The notes below the pieces were generated by a model. That model was given only the letters and a program-made list of their open reading frames with translations, was not told the DNA's origin and did not search any database. A DNA stretch of 63,434 nt, filler included, from Reticulomyxa filosa (lineage: Eukaryota; Protista; Foraminifera), in the NCBI GenBank assembly GCA_000512085.1. It is 16 parts of 16 records of this genome, joined end to end, with 100 filler letters (N's around TTAATTAATTAA, not from the genome) between each part and the next. Parts side by side here need not be neighbours in the genome. Positions count along the whole stretch, not along the records: positions 32,279 to 40,827 come from ASPP01000598.1; positions 40,928 to 42,316 come from ASPP01023726.1; positions 42,417 to 48,844 come from ASPP01006899.1; positions 48,945 to 51,842 come from ASPP01003460.1; 12 more parts are not named here. One strand, written 5' to 3'. A program made the translations under genes and the position numbers. Numbering within the stretch: position 1 is the stretch's first letter; every line of letters begins with the position of its first letter. Positions 37,539-50,900 of the stretch are shown here, in pieces.

Positions 37539-38739
37539 CTGATAATCTCATATTTCATCTCATTTCTTTCTTTCTTTCTCTTTCATTAGATTTGCTTCGA
37601 TCTGGTTCCATTTTTGAGTTTCTCAAGACTAAAGAAAAACAAGAGAAACAAAAAAACACCAGTCTTTTCCTCTCTTTTTTATTTGTACATATATCATATT
37701 ATCTTCTTTCTTGGAATTTTAAGTTTTTGTTTTACTTTTTGGTCTTTATGAAACTGTTTTATTTTATTCTGCATTTCTTTTGGAGCGATATCCTTTAATT
37801 ATGGTTTGGATAGGAATTTACCCATATTTTTTCATTTAATTTATTCATTCTGAGTTGTTTGTAATTTTTGTTCTCTTAATAGATATATTGTATTGAATCT
37901 GTACACGAATTCCGCACCAACAGCGTTTTTTGTGAACTATCTTCCAGCCAGGCGTTCGTTTAAATAGTCATTTCATTTGAAATGGTTTCTTTGTTTTGTG
38001 GGAAAGTGCATTGAGCAAACAGATTGCATTTTCTCAGTTTTGATTAAATTAAACGGCTGCTTTTCTATTTTTCTTATCTGGGAATAATCTATTTGAAGTA
38101 ATGTACAATATACTAATATTCATGCTATATGACTTCTCTTTCGAATGAGATATTTTCATTTGTATGTCAAAAACACAAATAATACAATTTCATTTATCAT
38201 TATCACTTTAAGCTTAAGTCTGTGATTTCATCAATTGATATTGACTGAAATCACCAATATTGATGAGTTTTTACAGAAACTGACTTTCATTTTTTTCCAG
38301 ATGGTCTTGTCATTTAATTTTTCCCTTTTCTTTTCTTCATTTTGTGGCGAAAAAATAATGTAGCATTTTCAGTTGACTAATTATGATTGTCCTTGAGATA
38401 TACTAGATGAACATCTTCAACTGTTTGTTATGTTTGCATTTATTATTTATGTCAAATCAATCTTTTAATGTCTTTGTATTGTTTGTTCTTGAGAATGATG
38501 TATTCTTAAATTATATTCGATGTCAATAATGTACTTTTTTGATTATTGTACAACATATCTTTTCTTTATTGCTTGCAACAATTTACTATAAATAAAAAGG
38601 AAAAACAGATTGGAATTTGTTATAACTGGCTGCTTTCACAAAAAATTTAAATATGCTAAATGAAAATTGTAAAATGAACAATCAATTTCAAACAAATTGA
38701 TTAAACAAAAATATTTAAATTACTTCAGTCAATTGATAC

Positions 38740-39075
38740 TGTTAGGGTTCGGCAACTGCTATAAGGGTTTATATCTTTTCTTGATGGTGTGGGACGTCTG
38801 CTGATAGTATTGGTGTACTAACTGTAATACGAGAGATGTTTACTTAGAAGAGAACCGGAGTTCGTAAACGAAAGTAATTTAAATAATAATACAAAATAAC
38901 AAAAGGAAAGTAAAGAAAAGTAACAAAGTAAGAAGTAAGTTGTTGATGAAGTTTAACCTACTGGAGATTTTTCTGTTCCCTTGACGTTCAAATACTTATA
39001 ATAGTAACTTGCACTACAATGGACTGAGTTTCTCCGGATCTATTTTTATCTACAGTGTTGATATTGGCATTAACA
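38740..39075. mobile_element. Candidate solo LTR (TGTTA...TAACA), member of a dispersed repeat family
   Basis: 336 bp bounded by inverted TGTTA/TAACA. The internal part has an inverted homolog at ~60601-60761. No target-site duplication is visible. Confidence 0.5.
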
Positions 39076-39487
39076 ATTTGGGATTCCATTATTGCAAAGA
39101 TCATATCAACATTGACAATACATTAAACAACAAGGTAAAAAAAGGAAAATTGTCAGAAATGATGACATTACCGATATGAATACAAAAGAAAAACAAATAA
39201 ACAAAATTAAGGAAAGAAAACAAGAAATATATAATACTAAACTAAACAAGACGAGTTGTTGATTTTTTTTTGGATGATAAGATAATGTTGTAATATTGAA
39301 ATTCAAAAAAAAAAATCGAAAATGGGAAAAACATAGTAACCAAGCAAATTACTGACAAAAAAAAAAATTTAATATTTGTCAAATTCATCATTAATATTAA
39401 CTTTTCTTAAAAAGTTTTATTTTGAAAGAGATTGTGGTTGAAGTTCAAGATACTTCGACATCTCTTAAGTTTTGAAGGAGATTTTGA

Positions 39488-40260
39488 AAGTCAAGTAAAG
39501 TATTTCAAACGTCGTCCAGTCCAAGAAAGAACTCCAACTAAAAATTTTTAACTCGAAAAATTTTTTTAATAGTAGTTGGATTTTGTGATATTGTGACTGT
39601 AGTGTTGTTTTTAATCTTTTTACTCTTTTGGCAACCTTTTTTGTTGCAGTTCCGTCATCGGTTCTGCATCTTTGTGTAGTTTGTGACTGTGGGAGGTAAG
39701 TGCTTAAGTATGTCGATCATTTTTTAGCCTTAAGAGTATTCGATGCTTTCAGGGCAGAACTCCGATGGTCGGGTGATTTCTACTGAACATCGGGCAAAAC
39801 TGAAACCAAATCGCTGATAACAAGGCTCGTGAAGGCGACCCGGACGGCAGAGGCAAGGTGTATTTACCATAATCGGCTATACTGAAAGCTATGTTTGGAT
39901 AAAATACACCACATGGAATTGGATCAAGAATCCAATCTAATGGTAAGACAGACATGTCAACTACACTTCCGAACATGTCTGCCACTAGTGAACTATTAAA
40001 TGCTGGTATGCATGGTGGCATTGGAAATAATGTTGGAAATGGAATTATTATGGGTATTGACATGCTAAATTCCAGTATATTAAATCCACAAATTCATGAA
40101 ATACTTGCAAGTCGTTGTATCAAGTTTAAATGTACAACATGATTACGAAAAGACAGCTAGATTACATTTGAGAACGTGTGGAAAAAGATATGCAAGTTCG
40201 ACGACAATTCCTGTGTGCAAATACTCCAACTCCAATTAAGTCCAGAGAACTAAAATCAGC
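39488..40260 (+). mobile_element. Dispersed repeat X: probable 5' UTR + decayed ORF1 start of a non-LTR retrotransposon
   Basis: Collinear with the reverse complement of 58190-58810 (AAAGTCAAGT start, GTTGGATTTT, TTAGCCTTAAG, GCTGGTATGCATGGTGGCATTGGAA = AGMHGGIG). Confidence 0.6.
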
Positions 40261-41832
40261 TACTTCGGTGATTAAGTTCCTTGGATTAAAGAACAAAATA
40301 TTATGTCCAGAAAGGTATTAGATCATACATTTTCTGGAAATTTTCGCACACTATTTGTCCATTTTGCGGTTGATATTAGAAGCAGCAGCTTATTCAACTT
40401 GCAAATAATTTTAATAATATCAAGAATGGACAAATGGAACAAAAAGAAAGTAAAGATAAAAATCAACGAATTGTAAAGCAGCCAAGATTTGATATTTATA
40501 GCAAGACATTCGCCTCTGAACAAAAGAAGAAGCATTGGTTAATCCTGAAATAAATAAGCATGTCCTGCTTCAATCCAAGAAAGTGAAAATGGAAATAAAA
40601 GAAAAAAAAAATAAAAAAAAAATCATTTTAATATCATTCATCATGATATAAACTTTTGAAAAAAGTTGCATTTTGAAGGAGGAAGCAAAAAACAACTAGA
40701 TACTGCAACATCTAGCAGTATCTGAACGAAATTCGAAGTTAATCTTCGATTATCAGTAACGATTTTCGCCGTCAACAAGATTACGGAAAACAGAAGCAAA
40801 GACCAAAGAAAAGAAACTTTTCAAACTNNNNNNNNNNNNNNNNNNNNNNNNNNNNNNNNNNNNNNNNNNNNTTAATTAATTAANNNNNNNNNNNNNNNNN
40901 NNNNNNNNNNNNNNNNNNNNNNNNNNNTTTTTTTTTTTTCAATTTCCTCCCTCTCTTCCTCTCTCGTTTTTCATTGTAATAAGCCCTAAAGTTTCTTTTT
41001 TTTTTTTTTTTAATAAACATAAAATATTGTTCGTACCTCTGCTGTATTATGTGATTACTTTTCACTTTGCTTGTTGTACATTATTCGTTTCTATGCTTTG
41101 CTTTTTTTTTTTTTACAATTTGTTCTGTTTTGTTTAATTTGATTTGTTCCGCTTGCTCGCTTACTTGTTTGCTTTGGTCACATTTATGTTTGTTTGTTTT
41201 TTCTGGAACCAACATTTTTGAGATTGACAATAACGTTTGTGAGAAAGTTTTCTTTACCTTCTTTTTCTCTTGTGTTTTCTATACTGTTGTTGTCATATTT
41301 TCGATCTTTTTTTTTCTTCTCTTTTTTTTTTTCTTTTTTGGAATGCGTTTTGCAAATTGTACTAGCAATACAATATGTTACATTGACAATATTAAAACTT
41401 GTTTTTTTTACTACTTCTTGACCGCACATCATTTCTGAAGATGATGTTGCTTTGTATAGTAAATTTGATTTCTCCTTATTTGGCACTTTCGACTCAAGCT
41501 GCTCATTAGGGCAAATAAGCGAACACAAGTAAGAAAAAGAGTGCATACTCTCCTTTTAACATGCAGTCTTGTGATACATGCTGCTATTTCTGTACTCGTT
41601 TGTTTATTTTTTTTTATATCTCTTTCCACTTTCTTCTGAGTAAATTGATTCGAATGCGATGCCACTTACACACTTGCGGTTTGCAACTCGAACGTTGGCC
41701 TTTTTATCTCCCCCTTTTTTTTTTTCCATTCGCAACTCAGCTCCAAATTTGTGTCGGTGTTTGGACGTTTATCCAATTTTTACTTGTTTTCTCTTATATT
41801 CTGTATATCGTGCATTTTAAATCGAAAGAAAA

Positions 41833-42226
41833 ATGACCACTACCGTTCCATTAGAACCTGTAAAATCCGACGTTGCCGAGATAACGGTGACGATGGAAAA
41901 CTGGCGAGAGCATTTCGAACACTCCGAGAAGCTGATTAAACAAAAAGAGTATGAAAAAGCCGCATCAACTCTTTCTCAATTATTGGAATTTATGTTGAGT
42001 CATTCCTCCTCTTTTTTTTTTAAAAAAAAAAATTATTATTATAATAAAAATTGCGGTGTGACGAATTGCGGATAACACAAAAAAAAAAAAAAAAAAGAAA
42101 AACAACGAAACAAACAAAATATAGAGCTTTGCACCCAAACCTCATAAGTCAATATGAATTGAGCAGATACTACATGTTTTATGGCAAAGCATTATTATCG
42201 CTCTCACAAGCGAACAATAATTTGAT
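41833..42226 (+). CDS. NASP: NASP/Sim3-like SHNi-TPR histone chaperone, 3'-partial
   Basis: KEYEKAASTLSQLLE ... ELSRYYMFYGKALLSLSQ matches the first two NASP TPR helices (Y..A...LS.A.E ... E.A..Y..YGKALL.L). Confidence 0.65.
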
Positions 42227-42497
42227 GAGTATGCAAAAAAAAAAAAAAATCCGTTGGAAAATTTATTTAAAAAAATTATATATTATTTTTATGTACATAA
42301 AAATAATATATAATTTNNNNNNNNNNNNNNNNNNNNNNNNNNNNNNNNNNNNNNNNNNNNTTAATTAATTAANNNNNNNNNNNNNNNNNNNNNNNNNNNN
42401 NNNNNNNNNNNNNNNNAATAATAATGACAATAACAATAATAAGAATATAAATGATGACACTGTTCCATTATTAAAATTTTCCTCTCAAAACGGATAT

Positions 42498-45074
42498 TTG
42501 TCCAATCAGCCAAAGAACACAGAGAAGACAGATGTCAAAATAGACTCATCCATCCAGACACAAACACAAATATCGAAGCAAATGATGCAAATGCAAAGGA
42601 TTGAAGACTGGAAGGCAGCGATTGAGAAAAGGCGAAGAAAGGGAAAGGGGAGAAAGTCTGCGAATTCGCGTGACGATGAAAAGACTCTAGAGACAGACGA
42701 AAAGAACAAGATAAAGAATAAGAATAAGAATAAAAATAAGAACAAGGATAAGAATAAGAATAAGAATAAGAATAAGAGCAATGAATGGGGTGAGCATGAG
42801 CACGAAAATAGCAATACCAGTGAAGAAGGAAAGAAGGTGAGTGCGACGATGGCAGGAGGAACGAGTAGTATTGCACATCGATTGGAAATGGTGTGTGCAT
42901 GTGTAGGCGGGATTCCGACGGAGTTTGCATGGTCATTAGGGGAGTCGATCATAGTACCTTATTTGTTAAGTTTGGGAAGTCCGTATTGGATGATATCATT
43001 TGTGTTTATATTGTCACCACCGTTTGATAGTTGGTTGCAGCCGTTGTATGGACAATGGAGTGACCAATTGACGAGAACAAGAAATGCATGTTGCAAATTG
43101 GGAGGAAGAAAGCCATTCATGTTGCTGTTTGGATCGACGGCGACCATTGGCTTTTTCCTTACTCCGTTTACGCGTCAATTGGTCGATGCCATGTTCCACA
43201 TTGCGTTTCGTCATAGTCCATCGACAGACGCCTTTCAATATATCTGTGTGTGTGTGGCCATCTTTGGTTACACACTCGTGGACATGAGTCACGGACTCTT
43301 GCTTATCCCTTCCAAGGCCATTGTTAATGACATTGCCGAAAATGAAAGCGATATCGATTTTGGCACCACATGCTATTCCATCTTCCAATGTCTCGGCAGA
43401 ATCGTCGGCTATTCCATTGTCATCATCGACTGGAAGCATGTGTTTTCAAATTTGGGAGTCAACGATTTTGCTTTCATGTTCTGCATCGCGTCCATCCCAT
43501 TGTGGATCTCCATCGCCTTTGTCGTGCTTGGCACACCCAATCAAAGCGAACGACTCTTGGAAGACACCCTCGCGGGACCCGATACCGGAGATGCCTCACA
43601 TGTATTCCAAAGTCCATTGAGTCTCGACTTTGTGCCCAACTTACCTTCTGAAAATACCTTCTTTCCAACTGAGAACAATGATAACAAAAACAAACATAAG
43701 AAGAGTGAGCCCTTGCAAGAAAAAAAATTCTTTGCTTCGTCCAATCCAAAACGCACCTTTCCGCCTGTCATTATTACCATTACCGCAGATTATCATCCGC
43801 CTTTGCTACCCACTGCTGTCAGCAACAGCACTACGACTTTTAGCACCGCTGTCACTCCTGCGGCCGCTATTATTACTCCCAATACCCACGTCACTACTAA
43901 TCCCAATTCCAATGTCAATTCCAATTCCAATACTACCACTGCTGCTGCAAATGCAAATGCAAATGCAAATGTAAATGCAAATGCAAATGCAAGTGCAAAC
44001 GTCAATTCGAGTGGATATCCCAACTTGAAACGGCAGTCTCAATACCTTTTGAAAGAAATGCCTTTGATGATGTATCGTGGTCGAGGAGATGCCTTTCAGT
44101 ACAGACGAGTTGTCGATGAAGCCGACGATATGACCACCGCTACCGAATTGAGTGATACCACGATTAACAACATGCGAACAAAAACTAAAATTTTGCCAAG
44201 TTTTGTTTTGTTTTGTTTTGTTTTGCTTTGCTTTGCTTTGCTTTGCTTTGACTTTAAAAAAAAAAAAAAAAAAAATTGAAATGAAACATGCAAAAAATTA
44301 GAACGCTCCAAAAAAATCGATTCCGCAGAAGAAGATGATGATGACGACGATGACGATGATGATGAAGATGATGACGATGACGATGATGACCGTGACAATG
44401 TCCCATTGCAAAGGGGGACCAAACGAAGAAAAAGTGTCACTTTATCTCCGCAAGATGAACGATCCAGTATTTTACTTTGTTTTTTTAAATTTATTTAAAA
44501 AAAATATTTTTTGTTTTTTACGCAAGTCTCTTAATAACAATAACAAAGGCAATGACTCAGACGAGGAAGAAGAGATGGAAGATGATGAAGATGATTATAT
44601 CAAACCCTACGACGAACTACCTTATTCCGAGGGCGACGATTACGAAAAAATGGAAATCCAATCGATAACGCCTCCTGATTTGTTCAGTGACAACGATCAG
44701 ACGAAACACCAGCTCAGCTCGAGTGACGTTGTGGTTACTCCAGCACCAGTTGTAACTCTTGTCACGGACGAGAACCCCGCACTGTTGAGTCACAATCACA
44801 CGGTTGACTTCACCGTCCAAAATGAGAACGACGCTGCCGCCAAAATCGAACTCGAAGACGAAGAGGGAAGCCAATACGAAGGAAAGAAACGTCCCAACTC
44901 TCGCAGAAATGATAAAGAAGATGATCCAGAGCATGATCCCGAACATAGCAGTCGTTTTAGTGCTCACACAAAAAAAAGCAAAAACAGTACGACTAGGCCT
45001 GCTGGTCATGATACCAAACATCATCGCTATGTTTCTCGTTACCGATGGAAGCCTAAACGACTTAAATATGGTAT

Positions 45075-45109
<35 letters not shown>

Positions 45110-46203
45110 GTATATATTATGTTTATTTATTTTTTAAATAAAAAGCAAATGGCTCACTTCTCCTTGTTGAACACCTTTTCAAACAATAACTTTGACTTTA
45201 ACTTGGTGGGGATATAAAAAGGTATGCGCCAACGTAAGAAACAAATGGAGCTGGAAAAACAACAACAACAAAATCGACATTTAAAAAAAAGCAGCAAATA
45301 CAAAGAGTACAAAAAAAAATATCAGCAATTGCGAGAATGGAAGTTTCCCAATTTGTTTAAAGTATATTGGATCATCCAATGGTTAGGTTGGCTACAAATA
45401 AGTCTTCAGGCCTTGTTTATCACCAGTTATGGCGGGATCAGCATTTTCAAAGGAGATCCCAATGCTTCTCAAGAAAGTCCTGAGTACAAAGCTTTCATGG
45501 ACGGAGTGCGCTTTATCACTACTGGTCTGGTGTTGCAAGGAGTCGTTTCCATGCTGTTTTCATCTATTTTGCCATATGTCAATACTTATTTTGGTATTTT
45601 TCGTTCATGTTACATATTACGTATTTCTTTTATTTGTTTTATTCACATGATAGCTTTAAACATTTTGTCATCCATGACCCTCCTCAAAAAAAAAAAAAAA
45701 AAGGAACAATGCGAGTGTATGTGGTCGGAGAATTGTCAATGTCACTATGTGGAGTATGTCTATTTGCAACAGAGAATGACGAGTTTGGAATGCGGTTGTA
45801 TGGGCTATTTGCATTATATGGAATATTCTTGCAAATCCATTACAACAATTACTGGATATTAGTAGAAAAAGAGCTACGTGCATTGAAACACGAGGACAAG
45901 CGTGGCTATATCGTTGGAATTTTTAACTTGTCACTGACCTATTCCGCGATCATTGTTTCCTTGTTCGGTGGAGCTGTGCTGAACATTTTCAAAGGGTCGT
46001 TCTTGGCCACTATTGTGGTTTGGTCCCTGGGCACCACTGTTGGAATGTTGATTGCGTACGTGTTTCTGTTTATCGAAGTAAAGAAACGCGAAAAACGAAA
46101 GGAAGAAAAGCGAAACTTGAAATTACTTATCAAAACTGAAAGATTGGAACATTTGATTGAAAAATTAGAACAAAAACAAAAAATAAAAAAAAACAAGAGA
46201 TAA
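42498..46203 (+). CDS. SLC45/sucrose-transporter-like MFS (GPH family) protein with a very large low-complexity central loop
   Basis: N-half: GIPTEFAWSLGESIIVPYLLSLG, LQPLYGQWSD, GGRKPF. C-half: WIIQWLGW...F.T...G..IFKGDP.A.....F.DGVR and RGYIVGIFNLS. Confidence 0.85.
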
Positions 46204-47128
46204 GAATAAAATCTCATCGAACATTAGAGACTATTAGTTTTGTTTTTTTTATCTCTTTGTCTCTATTCTACCACCTCTATTTTTGTCTATGTATGTCATG
46301 GATTGATACAGACGACCAGGTCCAGACAACGGAAGAGCAAAAAGGTGCTCCTCAACGAAAAAGAAAAGGAAGGACAAACCTTCCATAAGTCCATTGACGG
46401 CTCTAGTATCAGTGGATAGTTTTCATTTATGTGAGTGCACTTTTTTTTGTTTCCACTACGAGAATGTTGCTTTTTCAAAAAAAAAAAGCTGTTATTCTTG
46501 GTGTGTGGTTGTGTGTGTTTTTTGTTTGGTTTGTTGTCTTATTCATTTTTTTTATGTTAAGTTTGATCTTTTTTAGTTTTCGTTTAATATTTTTTCCTCT
46601 CCTTATGTTGATTATTGATTGTATGTTTTGACGCGGCTGTGTCTCTATTTCGATTGAATGGTGATGTGTTTTGAGATACCCACATCCAACAAAAACGACT
46701 AACGTTCATCTCGCTCTGTGGATAGTTCACAATTGGCTTATTTTTGTTTATTAATTCAGAACCATTCAATTTTATTGACTTTTTGTGCGTGCTTTGCTTT
46801 TTTTAAATTCTCTTTTGAACTGTGACAAACTATTTGGCAGTGTCATCAACATCCCTTATTGGCATTTTTCTTCACAAAATGACGACAAAATGCTGAGATA
46901 CTATTTTAATTGTGCATTCATATTTCAATCCTTTTTTAAAAAATTTTGCACGAGATATTTACTCTTTTAGATCATATTAAAGAGTCCTTGGCTGTTTTCT
47001 TGTACCTTTTTTCCTGTGCCCCTTGCCAGTATGAAAAGCGCAAAAAAAAAATAAATTGAACCTTTTCCGGTTGTCATTGAAAATATTGTAGTCAGGCTCC
47101 TTTAGAATAACTCAAAACACCAAAAACC

Positions 47129-48129
47129 ATGAGGTGATAGATTCTGTTTTTAAAAAACTAAAAAAAAATAATGATAATAAACATGAACTCCTCACAGGTC
47201 TCTTTTCAACGTAAGACGCTTGCCCAAATCATTACAGCACTCTTTTTACCTAACAAACCAATCATTGAATGGATATGTCTCATTTCCGCTGTTAGCAATG
47301 AAAAAGTGAGCTCTATTCCCATTTTTTTTAACAAAAACAATAATTGTTTTGGGGGGGAAACATAGTTTGGCATCATTCCAAAAAAGAACGTTTGCTGGTA
47401 GTGGGCACAATCACGGAACAACACCACATGGCCATCATAGCGATGACCACCATAAACATGATGTCCATAGTCATGGACATGGTCATGGACATGGACACGA
47501 TCATGGTCATGGCCACGAACATCATGATCATGATCAGATCACGGCCATGGACATGGCCATCATGAACATCAAGATGGTGATGGCCCTGACTTCACACCAA
47601 AACTTTGGACCAAATCAGGAGCAAAAGCACAAGCAGCAGCCGAAGCGGCAGCAGCAGCGGAGGCAGCCAAGCATGGAAAGGAAAAACATGAAGATCATGG
47701 CCCACATATACACGACCCCAATTATGCCCCTTGTCAAGAAAGTGATTTTGATCATGATCCTTTGAATGTTCGATTGCGCGAACCTTTGCCCAAAGAAGCC
47801 TTTATTCCAAAAGAAATTGTTTTGGAACGAATTATCAAACTGTGTCAATCGATGGAACGGGCAAAAATCGAAGGAAAAGTCATCACTGGAGACACACATT
47901 TAGCCAATGACTTGGGATTAGATTCTTTAGATCAGGTTTTTTTTGATATTTTTTTCAAAATCAATACAAAATATTCTTGCTTTGTGCTCGTTTTGATCTG
48001 TAACAGGTCGAGTTTGGATTAGCTCTTGAAGATGAATTTGATATTGAAATTCCTGATGAAGAAGCAGAGCAAATTGTTACTGTTGGAGATGCAGTCGAAT
48101 TGATTGCTGACCATCCCCAAGCACGATAA
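47129..48129 (+). CDS. ACP: Mitochondrial acyl carrier protein with a His-rich/Ala-rich N-terminal insert; one apparent frameshift near 47535
   Basis: Spliced transit peptide [12 protein letters not shown]...FQKRTFA. ACP core [10 protein letters not shown]|[33 protein letters not shown] contains the phosphopantetheine Ser (DSL). Confidence 0.9.
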
Positions 48130-48944
48130 TCCATCTTTCACTCTTCCTATCATCCATTTTGGTGTATAATTTGGGGAGTTTTTTTGTAACATCTTGAGTT
48201 TGCTTTGCTTTCTCACTCACTGGACCATGATTGGTGCAAACAAGTTTTTGGTTTGTAATTTCTAAAAAATGGCAGTACTATTTTTATTGCTGCAGCAATG
48301 AGCAGATGTAATTTCCTACTTTTCTAGAAATGCACTTAATGTAAGTTGGAATTAAAAAAGTACCGACGTCAGTTAACAAAATTATGCGAAACTCCTTTGG
48401 ATAATAAAAATTTCTTTCATTTGCAAATAAATATTCGGGTTGAAGATTTTTTCATCTAATTATCCATAAGTCACAATGTCGACAAAAATGTAACAAGTGT
48501 GAACTTTGGATATAAAAAAGTAAAATTACATTTAAATTATATCACAAATTATACCTAAGGATATAATTAAGCTGACGTCTATATTGTCCTTTTTCTTAAT
48601 TATTGTCGAACAATAGATCGGTTGCGAATGTTTGCAATGGACTGAATTGCGAATAGCTTCTGTTGGGCAAACATACGCTCTAGAGTATACTTTGTTCAAT
48701 ATTTCAAAGTTCTAGATAGCTGGTTGTCTCGCGACTTTTGAATATACTTTGTCAGCTGCAATTGCTGATGTGCAAGAGATTTACCACTCTCATGTCAAAA
48801 CGCTTTTCTTCCATTTGCGAAGGGCCTGAGCAGCGCATTTATAANNNNNNNNNNNNNNNNNNNNNNNNNNNNNNNNNNNNNNNNNNNNTTAATTAATTAA
48901 NNNNNNNNNNNNNNNNNNNNNNNNNNNNNNNNNNNNNNNNNNNN

Positions 48945-49480
48945 CCGACTACGAAAGCAAGTTTACCAAGAAAAAAAATGTCCAAGTTCAATTGAGGACA
49001 TCTTTGTTCAACTATTCCGATGCCATCATATGATGGATATTTTCAAAATACGAAGCTCATCCACTATCGTCGCCCTTATGATGAAGGACACACATTGACA
49101 TTGCATAATGGCCATTCTTAGAAGTTTTTTGCATCAATCACCACGCATTCGTTCGATAACATTTACATGGGCGCTTCAATGATTGAGTGGTGGTACAATT
49201 CGTATTTCTTTCTTCATTATTTGACGTATTCGTTCTTGCTTTTTTGAGTGCCATGGTTCAACGATTTTCGAGCTCACTACTCGATTCACAATTTAAACTG
49301 CTTCGACTAAACTTGACGACCCGCACTTTAATGTTCTCCGAGTACTGTGATAATGCAACGAATACAAAGTATTGCGTCGCATCCAGCACGCCGTCTGTAG
49401 GGCACAGTCGATTTGAAGACCATCACTGCGAGAGTCCAGTGCTTTGCGTCTGTCGAATGAGTGACGATAATCTTTGCCGA
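48945..49480 (+). pseudogene. Decayed gene copy B2 (paralog of 3514-4030)
   Basis: CAACTATTCC.ATGCCATCATATG, TGGTACAATTCGT and ATGGTTCAACGATTTT are shared with B1; the frames are broken. Confidence 0.55.
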
Positions 49481-49569
49481 ACTGAGCCAGTTCTCTCTAT
49501 CTTTTCACAATCATTAGTGCTTATGCCACTCGTGATCTCATCATTTCTCCCATCAGCAGCACACGGACA

Positions 49570-50900
49570 ACTAAAAAGCCAATGTTGCGAATATGCGTAT
49601 GATCACGGCCAGTTTCGGCACTAGTAGTTCGCGCTATTTTTATAACAATCGCGCTTCACTTGCTCGTTGGAACATAGAAATCGCAGGTCGGCTCCCTCTT
49701 TGCGGATGATTGTTGGCATGACACAGCGCCAGAGACTTGCATGCACATATGTCGATGGCAAACAAGTTATTTTTAATTGTTCGGATATCACTGCAAGACA
49801 TTTCCACACATTTATTCATTTTCTTTGATTCGAGCGTTCTATGTGAAGGTAGTGAGCGTCTGGAAACACGCAGTTTCTACTCGTGGGCGTGAAGATCTGG
49901 TGCATAACTACAATCAGTAAATCTGGAGACATTGTTTTTTTTAAATAGGTCCAACGCGATACTGTTTCGATTTTCTCTTTTTATTCATCTTCATCCTTCT
50001 CCTCATACTCATATTTCTCTTCTTGCTTGTCAATATATTAATGGGTTTTCGCACAACCCCTTCACCAAGTTGAACCAATCACACACGGAACATTCTCCAA
50101 ATGTAGTGGTTTTCTCGATTGCTGTGGATATGTTATTCACTAACAACTTACACGTTTTTTTCATTAACTTCCACGTCTTCTTTCCGCTGTTGAGATACCA
50201 CATTGTCGGTATCTTTTCTACTTTGCGCGTATCATCATCTCTTTCTTTTTTTCTTTTTGGCGAGATTTCTTTCGTCGTCTGGCACTAAGATCCAACTTTC
50301 CGGGACTGGTCTGGAGAATCTTGTCAAACTGTCCACGAGAGCGGATGGATTTTGCACTTGAAAAAAATAGTCTCCATTTGATGATAGACATAATTTGCGC
50401 GGGCATTCCCAATGTTTCGATTGGCGATTTGATGATTGAGAATAGCATTTTTATTCTTTTTTTTTCAGTCTTGGGGTATTCGTTGCGAACGATTCATCCC
50501 ATCATCTTATGCGCTGTTTAAAACACAAAGTTGCGAAAGTGCATACGCATACGACCAGTTTCGACACGATTGCTTAGCGTCATTTTTCGAGCTGGAATCT
50601 GTAAATTGCACTACGACGTTCTATTTGCAGATAATTGTCGGCTTGGCAAAGCGCCAGAGATTTGGTGCACATGTATTGATCCCAAGTTTTTTCCATTTGT
50701 TCGCGCTACACTCCACGCACTTATTCTATCTTTGATAACGCGTTCTATTTGAAGTAGTCGTCTGGAAGCACGAAGTCTCCAATGCGGGCGTGAATATTGC
50801 CAATGTCTTGAGGAGTTTCTCACAACTCCTTACTTTTTTCTTGGCGAACTTGCTTTCGTCGACTGGTGACCAAGATCCAGCTTTTCGTGATTGAACTGGA
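49570..50900 (-). pseudogene. Two tandem decayed copies (C1 ~49570-50310, C2 ~50525-50900) of an unknown gene
   Basis: Shared blocks KLDL, IFTP, LWR...PTII.K and CRNW...YA.SQ; both copies have in-frame stops. Confidence 0.5.

Noticed and set aside
38742-38747. TTAGGG telomeric motif
   Set aside because: A single copy inside the LTR-like repeat; expected by chance.
41184-41665. Possible minus-strand gene divergent from NASP
   Set aside because: Only short Lys-rich frames with no consistent splice model or motif.
49400-49480. Minus-strand KHWTLAVM resembling the Ulp1/SUMO protease His motif
   Set aside because: Conservation with the paralog at 3514-4030 favours plus-strand coding, and no matching Asp/Cys motifs were found.
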